DNA from: Chthonomonadales bacterium | GTDB lineage: Bacteria; Armatimonadota; Chthonomonadetes; Chthonomonadales; CAJBBX01 | DNA length: 64,000 bases | Assembly: GCA_037443035.1 (NCBI GenBank) | Contig: JBBIPC010000008.1 | Location: 64,001-128,000, forward strand | Reading direction: 5' to 3' | Shown: in pieces, positions 19,535 to 30,060 of the stretch | How the letters are laid out: every line of letters starts with the position of its first letter | How positions within the stretch are numbered: position 1 is the stretch's first letter | Position numbers and translations under genes: made by a program | The notes under the pieces: generated by a model | What the model saw: the letters and a program-made list of their open reading frames with translations, nothing else | The model's database searches: none | Told to the model about the DNA's origin: nothing

Positions 19535-20788
19535 GTGCTGGACGGCTCTCTCATAGGCGGACTCGACGTCGGCAACACGAAGGTGTGTTGCGTGTTGGCC
19601 AAGTACGAGGGAACAGGTTCACCTGCGATCATCGGTGTCGGAACGAGCCGCTCCGACGGCATTCGTCGCGGAGTTGTGACCGATATCTCCAGTGCAGCGC
19701 AGGCGATCCGAACGGCCGTGGACGCCGCCTCTCGGCAGGCAGGTGAACCCATCAGCTCCGTGTACATTAGCCTGTCCGGAGATCACGTCCAGAGTGCCAT
19801 TACGCGAGGGGTTGCGGCGGTCCTCCACCCCAACCAGGAGATCACTCCCGAAGACCGCGACCGCGCCATCGAGCAGTCCCGGGGCATCATCGTCCCGCCA
19901 GAGAGGATGATCATCCATTCCATCCCGCGCATGTACTCCATCGATGGCCAAGATGGCATCCGTCAACCGGTCGGGATGTGCGGCTCGAGGCTGGAGGTCG
20001 AGACGTTCATCGCCATGGTGACTCGCTCGTCACTGCTGAACATGGAGCGCTGTATCACGCAGGCTGGGCTGGACCTCGACGGCAAGACTCTGGCATCCCT
20101 CGCGTCCGGGGCAGCGGTCCTGACCCCTGACGAGCGGCAGCAAGGAGTGGTGGTCATTGACATCGGCAGCGGTACGACCGATGTGGCGGTCTTCACTGAG
20201 GGGGAGATATGCCACGCCTACGTCAAAGCCGTCGGCAGTGAGCATGTAACCAATGATATCGCCCAGGTGCTGCGGGTAACCGTTGACGAGGCCGAACGGC
20301 TCAAGATCGAGCACGGACATGCAGTGGCTTCGGAGATAGGCGACACGGAGGCTGTGGACGTGCTCCAGATCGGACGGACCGTACCGCGACCGCTCCGCCG
20401 CCGGGCGCTCTGCGAGATTATCGAAGCCCGAATACAGGAGCTTTTCATGTTCGTGGCGAACGAACTGCAGAGGGCGAATCTTCTGGCGCGGTGTACCGCA
20501 GGGGTCGTACTGACGGGCGGTGGATCTCAGCTCTCCGGGATCGATCATTGCGCGTGTCGCGTTCTGGGTTTGCCTGCAAGGATCGCTGGCCCCGTGGGGA
20601 TTGGAAGGCTGGCACCAACGGGCTTACAGACAACTGCACTGGCGGATCGCGATAGCCCCGAGTACGCCACGGCAGTCGGTATCGTCCGATGGGCAGCAGC
20701 GAGCCTCTTGCAGGACGATGATCAGGATGCGACGGACCCGTGGTCGCGCATCGTAAGCTGGGTTCAACGGTTAGTGGGACGGCGATAG
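19535..20788 (+). CDS. ftsA: Cell division protein FtsA
   Basis: GLDVGNTKV, VIDIGSGTTD, AERLK and LTGGGSQL; amphipathic C-terminus WSRIVSWVQRL. Confidence 0.95.
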   Translation: MLDGSLIGGLDVGNTKVCCVLAKYEGTGSPAIIGVGTSRSDGIRRGVVTDISSAAQAIRTAVDAASRQAGEPISSVYISLSGDHVQSAITRGVAAVLHPNQEITPEDRDRAIEQSRGIIVPPERMIIHSIPRMYSIDGQDGIRQPVGMCGSRLEVETFIAMVTRSSLLNMERCITQAGLDLDGKTLASLASGAAVLTPDERQQGVVVIDIGSGTTDVAVFTEGEICHAYVKAVGSEHVTNDIAQVLRVTVDEAERLKIEHGHAVASEIGDTEAVDVLQIGRTVPRPLRRRALCEIIEARIQELFMFVANELQRANLLARCTAGVVLTGGGSQLSGIDHCACRVLGLPARIAGPVGIGRLAPTGLQTTALADRDSPEYATAVGIVRWAAASLLQDDDQDATDPWSRIVSWVQRLVGRR

Positions 20789-20843
20789 TTCGAAGGTCCA
20801 GTGGGCATGGCCGCTGGCAGCGCTCACGACTGGAGAAGCGTAC

Positions 20844-22103
20844 ATGGCAACAAGCGAACACATGGACATCAGGGATGCACACGATCGTAAGCAATGCGTC
20901 CGGCTAGTTGTCGTCGGCATTGGCGGCGCAGGAGTCAACGCCGTGAATCGCATGAGTCAGGCCGGCTTGAGTGGTGTGACGCTGGTTGCCATGAACACGG
21001 ATACTGGTTCGCTGCAGCAGTCGGCTGCGCATCACCGCCTTGTCCTGGGGACTGATATGACCCGGGGACGGGGTACAGGCGGCAATGCCCAACTGGGGGA
21101 AGACGCAACGCAGGCGTCGAGGACGGAGATCCGGCAGCTTCTCAAAGGTGCGGACATGGTCTTCATAGCCGCAGGCATGGGTGGGGGCACGGGTACCGGA
21201 GGCGCGCCCGTTGTGGCCGAGATTGCTGTGGAGCTCGGGATTCTGACAGTGGCTGTTGTCAGCCGGCCATTCAGCTTCGAGGGGCCGCGAAGGGCACACG
21301 TCGCCAGCAAAGGCATCGAGGCCCTCAAGAGCCAGGCGGACACTGTCATCGTGGTTCCTAACGACCGGCTGTTCGAGCTAGACGCGACGAAGCTCACGCT
21401 GGCGCATGCGTTCGAGAAAGCCGACGATGTTCTCCGCCACGGCGTCCAGGGCATTGCAGACATCATCACGCTGCCCGGTCAGATCAATGTAGACTTCGCG
21501 GACGTGCGCGCCACCCTGAAAAGCGCGGGTACCGCCATGATGGGTATCGGCGAAGCTGAGGGCGATGGCCGGGGTATCCATGCCGCGGAACAGGCCGTCT
21601 CGAGCCCGCTGCTGGAGACCTCGATTTCCGGTGCGATGCGGGCGCTCATTAACGTCACTTCTGGGCCTGATCTCACCCTGGTGGAGCTGAATGAGTCGGT
21701 GAGTCTTGTAACAGGCAAGTGCGATCCAAGAGAAGCGAAGATCACTTTCGGATGGGTGCTCGACCCAAGCATGGAGGGCAAGGTTCGCGTCACAGTGCTG
21801 GCTACTGGCTTCGATGATGCCGCATCTTCGCGGCCGCGTCTGCTACAGTTCGAAGCACAACGGTCCACGCCGAGGGGCGCCGCGCAGCAGCCGACACAGC
21901 TAGGCGGCCAACCGAGGATGCCTGCGCCGAGTCTCGGAGAACTGCCCATCCCCGAGGTGCAGCGAGAACCGGAGGCCGACTCTCGCCCGATCCCAGTAAG
22001 CGTGCAGACGTTGCTGGCAAGCCAGACAGAAGGACCGCTGGACGCCACCGACGAATCGGAAGATGAGGACCTGGATCGCCCAGCGTTCTGGCGTCGTAGG
22101 TAG
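20844..22103 (+). CDS. ftsZ: Cell division protein FtsZ, copy 1 (more divergent)
   Basis: [24 protein letters not shown] and T7 loop INVDFADV; C-terminal DLDRPAFWRRR. Confidence 0.93.
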   Translation: MATSEHMDIRDAHDRKQCVRLVVVGIGGAGVNAVNRMSQAGLSGVTLVAMNTDTGSLQQSAAHHRLVLGTDMTRGRGTGGNAQLGEDATQASRTEIRQLLKGADMVFIAAGMGGGTGTGGAPVVAEIAVELGILTVAVVSRPFSFEGPRRAHVASKGIEALKSQADTVIVVPNDRLFELDATKLTLAHAFEKADDVLRHGVQGIADIITLPGQINVDFADVRATLKSAGTAMMGIGEAEGDGRGIHAAEQAVSSPLLETSISGAMRALINVTSGPDLTLVELNESVSLVTGKCDPREAKITFGWVLDPSMEGKVRVTVLATGFDDAASSRPRLLQFEAQRSTPRGAAQQPTQLGGQPRMPAPSLGELPIPEVQREPEADSRPIPVSVQTLLASQTEGPLDATDESEDEDLDRPAFWRRR

Positions 22104-22143
22104 AAACCACAGACAGCAACTCAGATAGGAGTCGACGATAATC

Positions 22144-23307
22144 ATGACCATGTCTCCGCAATGGAGTCCGGAGCTTCGTAGCATTGGCGCGGACATTCGG
22201 GTGATAGGCGTCGGGGGCGGTGGCACGAACGCCGTCAACCGCATGATCGAGGCTGGGCTGGGCGGCGTTACGTTCATCGCGATGAACACAGATGTCCAGG
22301 TCCTGGACATATCGCTTGCTCCGAAGAAACTCCAGCTCGGCGGCGGTCTGACGCGCGGCCTGGGAGCAGGGGGAAGCCCTGAGATCGGCCGCAGCGCTGC
22401 GGAGGAGAGCAAGAGCGAGATCAAGGCTGCGCTCGAGAACGCGGACATGGTCTTCATCACAGCCGGCATGGGAGGTGGAACGGGTACCGGCGCTGCGCCC
22501 GTCATTGCCGAGATCGCGCAGATGCTGGGCGCCCTGACGGTCGCCGTGGTTACGAAGCCGTTCACGTTCGAGGGGCCGCGCCGCATGCGGACGGCGGAAG
22601 AAGGGATCGAGACTCTCAAAGGTAAGGTGGATACGGTCATCGTCGTGCCGAATGATAGGCTGCTGAGTGTCGGGCAGAGGGAGATAACGCTAGTAGATGC
22701 TTTCCGCCTCGCGGACGATGTTCTGCGCCAGGGAGTCCAGGGCATCAGCGACATCGTGACCATTCCTGGTCTCATCAACGTTGACTTTGCAGACGTCCGT
22801 GCCACGATGAGCGATGCCGGTCCTGCACTGATGGGTATCGGCGTTGGGTCGGGCGACAACCGCGCCCAGGCTGCAGCCAGCGAGGCGATCGCTAGCCCAC
22901 TCCTGGAGACGTCCATAGACGGTGCTACCCGGGTCCTGATCAACCTTACTTCTGGACCGGATCTCACGCTCGCCGAGGCTAACGAAGCCGCTCAACTCAT
23001 TACCAGCATGTGCGACCTGCGCGATGCGAACATCATCGTTGGCTGGGTGCTGGATGAGAACATGACAGGAAAGCTGCGTGTGACGGTGCTCGCTGCCGGC
23101 TTCACCGGCGCGCCGGTCCACCGAACAGATCGGGTGCAGCAGCCTCCGGCAATAGGGTTCGCGCGACCGACGGAGACACCGGCGATTCTCCGTGCTAGCG
23201 GAACCGAGCATCCTCGGCACGAACCTCAGCAGCGACCGGCGCAACCATCCCTGCCTGAGAGCGATGAGGATACCGATACGCCACCGTTCCTTCGCCCTCG
23301 TCGCTGA
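22144..23307 (+). CDS. ftsZ: Cell division protein FtsZ, copy 2 (near-canonical)
   Basis: [30 protein letters not shown] and [11 protein letters not shown]-terminal [12 protein letters not shown]. Confidence 0.96.
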   Translation: MTMSPQWSPELRSIGADIRVIGVGGGGTNAVNRMIEAGLGGVTFIAMNTDVQVLDISLAPKKLQLGGGLTRGLGAGGSPEIGRSAAEESKSEIKAALENADMVFITAGMGGGTGTGAAPVIAEIAQMLGALTVAVVTKPFTFEGPRRMRTAEEGIETLKGKVDTVIVVPNDRLLSVGQREITLVDAFRLADDVLRQGVQGISDIVTIPGLINVDFADVRATMSDAGPALMGIGVGSGDNRAQAAASEAIASPLLETSIDGATRVLINLTSGPDLTLAEANEAAQLITSMCDLRDANIIVGWVLDENMTGKLRVTVLAAGFTGAPVHRTDRVQQPPAIGFARPTETPAILRASGTEHPRHEPQQRPAQPSLPESDEDTDTPPFLRPRR

Positions 23308-23343
23308 GCAGAAGTTTGGGGTACCGAAGCGATAGACTAGGGG

Positions 23344-24483
23344 CTACGACGACCGCGACATGACCTGACGCGCCGCCACCTCACGGTACACCCGGCGGGT
23401 CTGCTGCCCGGTTGTAGCCCACGAGAAACCACGGGCCCGCTGGAGACCAGCCTCGGAAAGCGCTGCGCGCTTCTCCGGTGATCTGCCAACCTCCGTCATC
23501 GCCTCGGCCCACGCGACAGCGTCCATGACTGGCAGCACCATAGCGCCATCACCTGCCACCTCGGGCATGGCCGGCGCATCGCTGACGAGGGTCGGCGCTC
23601 CGCAAGCCATGGCTTCGAGTGGCGGCAGGCCGAAGCCTTCGTAGAGCGAAGGAAAGGCCATCATGTCCGCAGCTGAGTAGAGCGGCGGCAGGTCCTCGTC
23701 GTCTACGTAGTCGGTGATGAGGATGCGGTCTGCCAGTCGGAGCCGCGCGATCTGGACGGCAATGTCATCGTAGCCCCAACCGCGCTTGCCGACCAATACC
23801 AGACGGTGGGGTATGCGAGCGGAATACACCGCTCGGGCGAATGCCTCGATGAGCATGGGCAGGTTCTTCCTGGGTTGCAGCACGCCTACGGACAGAATGA
23901 ACTGCGTATTCACACCGAAACGGCTGGCCACGTGTCGCCGTGCGATGTCAGGCTCGATTGGCTCGAACTCCTCCGAAACTGCCTGCGGAATCGCCTCCAC
24001 ATGGCTCGGATCGAGACGGTAGACGCGCAGGATGTCCCGCCGAGACGACATGCTCACCGTAATGACCCTGGCGGCGCGGCGCATCGCCACCGGCACGGTG
24101 AGATTCAGCAATAGCCGATGCCGGCGTGGGAACCACTCCGGATACAGGCGGAAGGAGATGTCGTGGACCGTCGTGACGACCGGGCAGGGTGCTCGAAGTG
24201 GAATGGTGTACTGGGTGTGGGCTACATCTACGCCGTCCTGACGCAGTACCTGGGGAAACGTGAGCAGCGTCCAGACACGGTCGTTACTCGCCGGGACGGC
24301 CCGCAACCTCAGCCGTTTCGATTGGCCGAACACGTTGTCCGGTAAAGGCAGGCGGGTATAGACAATGTACTCATCGTCGTATTCGGAGGCGCTGCGTACG
24401 TGATCCCGAAGCAGGTTCAGCCAGTACGTACGGTCGCCTGTGTACCTGCCCGTCAGTGCCCGGCCGTCTATACCAATCCTCAT
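23344..24483 (-). CDS. Glycosyltransferase family 4 (MtfB-like)
   Basis: MRIGIDGR, QPRKN and FPSLYEGFGLPPLEAMACG. Confidence 0.93.
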   Translation of the reverse strand: MRIGIDGRALTGRYTGDRTYWLNLLRDHVRSASEYDDEYIVYTRLPLPDNVFGQSKRLRLRAVPASNDRVWTLLTFPQVLRQDGVDVAHTQYTIPLRAPCPVVTTVHDISFRLYPEWFPRRHRLLLNLTVPVAMRRAARVITVSMSSRRDILRVYRLDPSHVEAIPQAVSEEFEPIEPDIARRHVASRFGVNTQFILSVGVLQPRKNLPMLIEAFARAVYSARIPHRLVLVGKRGWGYDDIAVQIARLRLADRILITDYVDDEDLPPLYSAADMMAFPSLYEGFGLPPLEAMACGAPTLVSDAPAMPEVAGDGAMVLPVMDAVAWAEAMTEVGRSPEKRAALSEAGLQRARGFSWATTGQQTRRVYREVAARQVMSRSS

Positions 24484-25622
24484 CGTGCGTCTCTTTCCGC
24501 GACGTGCTCGTAGATACGTAGGGTGTCTTCTGCCATCCGCGCGAAGGTGAACTGACCGGCGTAGCGGAGGGCGCCCTCGGTCAAACGTGTGAGTGCCCTG
24601 GCATCGCGCTGGAGTTGGCCAACTGCGGCCGCGAGATCGGTTGCATCACCGGGTGGGACCAGCGAAACAGAGCCTGGACAGCGCCGTTGGATTTCGATGT
24701 TGGACGCGATCGCTGAGGCGACCACCGGCTTGCCGCAGGCGAATGCCATCGCCAGCGAGGCGGAGCCGCTCCCGCTTGTGAATGGCGCCAGTACCAGGTC
24801 TGTCGCTGCCATGACAGTTGCCACATCCTCCGGCTCAAGATACCCTGTAATGCGAACGCGGTCCGTCAAGTGTGCTTCCGCGAGCTTTGATTGCAGTTCC
24901 TCGGCGTATCCGGTCCGATCGTCCGGATGCCGCCCACCAGCGAGAAAAAGCCGGACATTGGACGGCAGATGCTGCATAGCTTCGATGGCGAGGAGGTGAC
25001 CCTTGCGTCGAGCGAGGAACCCAAAGATGGTGAGCACGAAGCAGTCCTCGACGCCGAGTCGCTTGCGGGCTTCCGAGCGACTGGGAAGCGGTGGACGCGG
25101 CGGTACCGGCATGGGCAGGATGTGGATGCGGTCACGGTGGACGCCAGACGAGATCAGGTTCTCCCGGTCATTCTCTGTGTGCACAATGAATGCTCGTATC
25201 GCTGGGTGACCGAACTGCGCACGATTCGTGGATGCAATGGCCATCCGGCGCGGCAATGGCCCTGCTGGAGGCACGAACTCGTGAACGGTCATGACTGCGG
25301 GCGCGGCTATCTGGTCGGCGAGACGGCTGAAATTGTTCTTCCATGGCGCCACGCCCCCGAACAGGAAGTATTGATGCTGTATGTGGATAACGTCGGCTTC
25401 GTTCATTATCGGAGCGAAGCCGTCCGGTGGGGCGACCCATGCCACCTCGACACGGTGTCTCAGGGCATCCACGAGAAGGCGGCTGTAGTCGGCCACGCCG
25501 CACTGAGGCCGCAAGGATGTGACCATGGCCAGGCGCAGCCGACGTGCACGCCTGGGCTCTTCGCCTACCACGATCTCGCCCGTCACTTCCTCCACTCTAG
25601 ACTCCCGCACGCTCTCTGTCAA
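24480..25622 (-). CDS. Glycosyltransferase family 4
   Basis: CGVADYS, HIQHQYFLFG, FGFLARRKG and SASLAMAFACGKPVV. Confidence 0.85.
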   Translation of the reverse strand: MTESVRESRVEEVTGEIVVGEEPRRARRLRLAMVTSLRPQCGVADYSRLLVDALRHRVEVAWVAPPDGFAPIMNEADVIHIQHQYFLFGGVAPWKNNFSRLADQIAAPAVMTVHEFVPPAGPLPRRMAIASTNRAQFGHPAIRAFIVHTENDRENLISSGVHRDRIHILPMPVPPRPPLPSRSEARKRLGVEDCFVLTIFGFLARRKGHLLAIEAMQHLPSNVRLFLAGGRHPDDRTGYAEELQSKLAEAHLTDRVRITGYLEPEDVATVMAATDLVLAPFTSGSGSASLAMAFACGKPVVASAIASNIEIQRRCPGSVSLVPPGDATDLAAAVGQLQRDARALTRLTEGALRYAGQFTFARMAEDTLRIYEHVAERDAR

Positions 25623-25653
25623 AGTGCTCCTGGTGCTCGATTGCTGGCCATGT

Positions 25654-26631
25654 CTAAGCCGCCTGCTGCAGCGTTTCCCGGTAGAATCGGCACAACCGCC
25701 GACCGAAGGCTGAGAAGCTGTGTCTCTCAGCGTAGTTTCTTCCCCGCTCAGCCATCTCGGTCATTCCGAGCGAGTTACCCAGCACTGCTCTGATGCACGA
25801 TGCGACGTGGCCCGGCGCCTGCGGCCGTACTAAGCGTATGCCAGCGCCGCGTAGCATGGCGTCGCGGTACAGCGGACGATCGAGGGCTAGAAGCGGTTTG
25901 CCGAAGGCCAAAGGGCGCAGGCCATGAAATGCGCCGGCGTACCGCTCTGCGCAGCTTACGACGATCGTCGCTCGGCAGATGTGCTCATCGAGCACTGCAG
26001 AATCGTCCGCTATGCGAACAAGAACGCGTTCGCCGGCACCAATGGCCTTAGCAGCCGAAGTGCACCAGGAAATTGCAGTTGCGCCGCTGGGCTCCACGAG
26101 TACGTCCATGCGAGTGTCCCAAGGGAGCTCGGGAAGAGCGTAGATCGCCTGCTCGGCGACTTTCTGGTCCGCGTCGGCTGTGAGTAGCAGAAGTATGCGC
26201 GGTGGTCCCGCCTCCGAGACAGAACCGGTCATCACATGAGCGGGAACCATGCAGGGGATGATGCATATCGAGGCGGCGGGTACATCGCAACGTTGGAGGA
26301 GATCGCTTGCTGGCTCGGTGAGTACCACGTACGCACGGACTGGGAGCTGTGCCACGGATGCGTCTTGCGCCGCGTCGTCGCAGTAGAGGAATGTTCCGAC
26401 TGTGGGTACCGAAGGCTGACCGCCGCGCCACAAGTCGGCACGCTCAGTGAGACTGGTGAAGCGGTCGCCGACCAGGTGCACCATGGCGATGTCCGGGGGC
26501 ACGGCAGCGGGGTGTTCGAGGAGTACGGCGTGGCACTCCGTGCTGCTGGCGCGGAGTACTTCGACGATCGCCTGGGCAAACAGCATCGCTTGAGATCCCG
26601 CATCGCCGCATGCCACGACGCCGATGATCAT
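25654..26631 (-). CDS. Divergent GT4-like protein
   Basis: Only the C-terminal GT-B-like part is recognisable (LAFGKPLLA, GRNYAERHSF); first gene of a GT4 run. Confidence 0.5.
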   Translation of the reverse strand: MIIGVVACGDAGSQAMLFAQAIVEVLRASSTECHAVLLEHPAAVPPDIAMVHLVGDRFTSLTERADLWRGGQPSVPTVGTFLYCDDAAQDASVAQLPVRAYVVLTEPASDLLQRCDVPAASICIIPCMVPAHVMTGSVSEAGPPRILLLLTADADQKVAEQAIYALPELPWDTRMDVLVEPSGATAISWCTSAAKAIGAGERVLVRIADDSAVLDEHICRATIVVSCAERYAGAFHGLRPLAFGKPLLALDRPLYRDAMLRGAGIRLVRPQAPGHVASCIRAVLGNSLGMTEMAERGRNYAERHSFSAFGRRLCRFYRETLQQAA

Positions 26632-26786
26632 GGCAGCATTATATCCGCTAGCATGGTGCGGGTGGCTGTGGCACGTTGTGAGATTCGTGGGCGCGGTGCC
26701 GTAATGGAAGGTGGGTGCTAAGGCGGGCTGAGTATCTGCGGTATACTAGTTCCCGCTGAATACACTGGGGAAGGGTTAAGTTCGAC

Positions 26787-26996
26787 ATGAAGGAAGGCAT
26801 CCATCCGAACTACGGGCCAGCCGTGGTCACGTGTGCGTGTGGTAACACTTTCGAAACGCGTTCGACGAAGAGCACGATCCGAGTGGAGATCTGCTCGAAT
26901 TGTCATCCATTCTTCACCGGCAAGCAAAAGATAGTGGACACGGAAGGACGCGTGGAGAAATTCGAGCAGAAGTACCGGAAGCACAGACGCTCCTGA
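26787..26996 (+). CDS. rpmE: 50S ribosomal protein L31 (Zn-binding type)
   Basis: [13 protein letters not shown] and [10 protein letters not shown]; all four Cys retained. Confidence 0.97.
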   Translation: MKEGIHPNYGPAVVTCACGNTFETRSTKSTIRVEICSNCHPFFTGKQKIVDTEGRVEKFEQKYRKHRRS

Positions 26997-27026
26997 GGCG
27001 TTGGCGTTCGCTAGTCGAGGCGTAGC

Positions 27027-27977
27027 ATGGCGGATCCGGTCGCCTACGGCGGTCAGGCTGTCATCGAAGGAGTGATGATGCGAAGCTCGCATCATTACGC
27101 CGTCGCGTGCCGGCGGCCAGATGGGAAACTCGTCATCCACGACGAACCTGTGGGCGTCACTCTACTCGGGCGCCTGGCGTGGCTGAACAAGCCGTTCCTC
27201 CGTGGCACGCTGGCCATCGTGGACGCGGTCACTCTAGGACTCAAGGCCCTCGCATTCGCCGCCAGCGTCCAGGCAACGGCTGAATCCGAGGCAGCCGCCG
27301 CAGCCGCGCGTGCAGCAGGAAAAGAACCGCGTAAGAGCGACTTGGGGGACGCGGCCATTGGTGCCACGCTTGCGCTGTCACTGGCTGTGGGTATCGCCTT
27401 GTTCGTCGTTCTACCTACGGCGTTGACGCAGGTCATGCAGCAGCGTATCGGGGTGGACTCATCCTTCGCTCGCAATGTGCTCGATGGGGTTCTGCGCATC
27501 GCGGTTTTCCTCGCCTATGTGGTCGGTATTTCTTTCATGCACCATGTCCGGCGCGTCTTCCAGTACCACGGTGCGGAGCACAAGGCCATCAACGCCCTGG
27601 AGAACGGTAGGGAGCTTACGCTGGACAGTGCGTTGCAGGAGAGTAGAATCCATCCGCGTTGCGGCACGAGCTTCGTCGTAGTCGTCCTGCTAGCCACGAT
27701 CATAGTGCATACTGTCTTCCCGCGGCCAGACAACACCCTCGTGCGGATCGGCCTTCACCTGGCCCTGCTTCCTCTGGTGGCAGGCAGTGCCTACGAGCTG
27801 ATTCGTCTGGCCGGTCGGGCCCGGAACCAGACGCTCTTGCGCCTACTGCTTGCGCCCGGACTCTGGAGCCAAAGGCTAACCACCCGGGAGCCGACTGCGG
27901 ACCAGGTCGAAGTCGCCTTGGCAGCGCTGCAGAGCGTTGTGCACAGCGAGACTAGCGAGCACGCTGCTTCCTCTTGA
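27027..27977 (+). CDS. DUF1385 family membrane protein
   Basis: YGGQAVIEGVMM, FQYHGAEHK, HPRCGTSF and LTTREP; usual rpmE/prfA/prmC context. Confidence 0.92.
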   Translation: MADPVAYGGQAVIEGVMMRSSHHYAVACRRPDGKLVIHDEPVGVTLLGRLAWLNKPFLRGTLAIVDAVTLGLKALAFAASVQATAESEAAAAAARAAGKEPRKSDLGDAAIGATLALSLAVGIALFVVLPTALTQVMQQRIGVDSSFARNVLDGVLRIAVFLAYVVGISFMHHVRRVFQYHGAEHKAINALENGRELTLDSALQESRIHPRCGTSFVVVVLLATIIVHTVFPRPDNTLVRIGLHLALLPLVAGSAYELIRLAGRARNQTLLRLLLAPGLWSQRLTTREPTADQVEVALAALQSVVHSETSEHAASS

Positions 27978-28048
27978 CATCTGCATCCCACGCCACATCT
28001 CGTCGAACGAGTGACATGGTGCTCGCAGGATGAGTAGGAGGTAACTCT

Positions 28049-29152
28049 GTGTCATTGGACTTAGCCCGCCCTCGTCTGGATGAGCTGGAGCGAGAATACG
28101 TCGAGCTGGAACGTCGTATGGCTGATCCTACGGTCGTTACCGATCTGGACCAATACCGACAGGTCAGCAAAGCGTGGAGTGATCTCCAGGAACTAGTCGA
28201 GACCTACCGCAGGTACAAAGCCGTCGAGGAGGAGCTGAAGGGCGCTGAAGAGTTGTTGGCGGAGCCGGACATGCGCGAACTGGCTGAAGCCGAGCTCGAC
28301 GCGCTGCAAGGAACACTGAACGATCTCGAGGGTAAGCTACGTCTCCTCTTACTGCCAAAGGATCCGAACGACGACAAGAGCGTGATCCTGGAGATTCGGC
28401 CTGCAGCGGGCGGCGAGGAGGCGGCTCTTTTCGCAGGCGATCTCTTCCGGATGTACTCCCGCTATGCCGAGCGACGCAACTGGAAGGTCGAGGTACTCAA
28501 TGCCCAGGAGACAGGAATCGGCGGTTTCTCCGATGTCGTCATGGCCATCGAGGGGAAGGGAGCCTACAGCCAACTCAAATTCGAGAGTGGCGTGCACCGC
28601 GTCCAGCGCGTGCCAGCAACCGAATCTGGCGGCCGGATCCACACTTCCACGGCGACGGTCGCGGTGCTACCGGAGATGGAGGAGGTCGAGGTGGAGATCA
28701 ACCCAAGAGACCTCGAAGTAGATGTGTATCATTCCTCCAGTGCCGGCGGCCAGAACGTCCAGAAAGTTGCCACGGCCATCCGCATTCTGCACAAGCCAAG
28801 CGGGCTGGTGGTGACGTGTGAGGACGAACGTAGCCAGTTGCAGAATCGCGAGAAGGCCATGCGCATGTTGCGAGCACGCCTCTACGAGCGCGAGATGGAA
28901 GCACAGCGCAACGCCCGCACGGAAGCGAGAAGGTCGCAAGTCGGCACCGGCGACCGAAGCGAGAAGATCCGTACGTACAACTTCCCTGATGGGCGAGTGA
29001 CAGACCATCGCATAGGTCTGACGATCCACAACGTTCAGTCCGTCCTCGAGGGCAACATACAGCCTTTCATTGACGCACTCATCACCGCAGATCAAGCCGA
29101 GCGACTGAGGAACACCGTCAGCAGTCAGAGTGGGGATGGCACAGGAAAGTGA
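28049..29152 (+). CDS. prfA: Peptide chain release factor 1
   Basis: GVHRVQRVPAT (PxT specificity motif), GGQ and RSEKIRTYNFP. Confidence 0.97.
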   Translation: MSLDLARPRLDELEREYVELERRMADPTVVTDLDQYRQVSKAWSDLQELVETYRRYKAVEEELKGAEELLAEPDMRELAEAELDALQGTLNDLEGKLRLLLLPKDPNDDKSVILEIRPAAGGEEAALFAGDLFRMYSRYAERRNWKVEVLNAQETGIGGFSDVVMAIEGKGAYSQLKFESGVHRVQRVPATESGGRIHTSTATVAVLPEMEEVEVEINPRDLEVDVYHSSSAGGQNVQKVATAIRILHKPSGLVVTCEDERSQLQNREKAMRMLRARLYEREMEAQRNARTEARRSQVGTGDRSEKIRTYNFPDGRVTDHRIGLTIHNVQSVLEGNIQPFIDALITADQAERLRNTVSSQSGDGTGK

Positions 29153-30008
29153 GCAGGCTGGTCCCACGGTGAATTCGCTTCTCGCCTGGGCAAGCAATGC
29201 TCTCCGTAGCGCTGGCATCGAGCGACCTCTCTTCGAAGCACAAGTCCTCCTGGCCCACGTGCTGCAGACGGACCGCGGGAGGCTCCTGGCCGGGCTGCAT
29301 CGGGAGCCTTCGCCCTTGGATGCGGAGCGCTTCAGGCTTCTGATCCAGCAGCGGCAGGCACGCATGCCGCTCGCCTACCTCAGGGGGTTCCAGGAGTTCT
29401 ACGGACTGGAGATGCGCGTCACCCCTGCCACACTCATCCCCAGACCGGAAACCGAGCTGCTCGTGGAACGAGTGCTGAGCGTGCTTCAGCAGAGGCACAG
29501 TCCCGTGCTCGTGGACGTGTGCACGGGAAGCGGCTGCATAGCTGTCGCGTGTGCGGTACACGTGCCAGACCTGCGTGTGCTCGCGACGGACATCAGCGAG
29601 GATGCCCTTGCAGTTGCGGCAATGAACTGCCGTTTGCACGGGGTTGCGGATCGGGTGGACCTAGCCGCAGGCGACACCCTCGATGCGGTGCGTTCGTCGG
29701 TGGCGGACGTAGTTACGGCCAACCCGGCATATATCCCCAGCGATCAAATCGGCTCTCTTCAAGCGGAGGTACGGGTATACGAACCTCGTGTGGCGCTAGA
29801 CGGGGGGCATGACGGTCTGGTGCTCCATCGCCGTATCGTGGAAGATGCGCTTCGTGTGCTCCGCACGGGGGGTATGCTTGCGGTGGAAGTGGCGTATGGC
29901 CAGGCACGCCATGTGATGGAACTCATGCAAGTGGCTGGCTTCACAGACATCGAAGCATGGAGCGATCTTGCAGGCATAGAGCGAGCCATCACGGCGCGTC
30001 GTCCCTGA
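29136..30008 (+). CDS. prmC: Release factor glutamine methyltransferase
   Basis: LIPRPETE, DVCTGSGCIA, NPAY (variant of NPPY) and ALDGGHDGL. Confidence 0.93.
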   Translation: MAQESEQAGPTVNSLLAWASNALRSAGIERPLFEAQVLLAHVLQTDRGRLLAGLHREPSPLDAERFRLLIQQRQARMPLAYLRGFQEFYGLEMRVTPATLIPRPETELLVERVLSVLQQRHSPVLVDVCTGSGCIAVACAVHVPDLRVLATDISEDALAVAAMNCRLHGVADRVDLAAGDTLDAVRSSVADVVTANPAYIPSDQIGSLQAEVRVYEPRVALDGGHDGLVLHRRIVEDALRVLRTGGMLAVEVAYGQARHVMELMQVAGFTDIEAWSDLAGIERAITARRP

Positions 30009-30060
30009 TCGCAGGATGGAGTGCTTGGGTCGGTCCGAGAATGGAACGCTCCCACCGCGC

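Noticed and set aside
21900..22967. 355-aa antisense ORF over ftsZ, and similar ones such as 59773-60744, 16748-17638 and 24891-25793
   Set aside because: Shadow ORFs are expected opposite real genes in high-GC DNA, and none has recognisable motifs.
20844..23307. Tandem ftsZ as a simple assembly duplication
   Set aside because: The copies differ throughout at both protein and DNA level, including linkers and tails, so they are not a duplicated read block.
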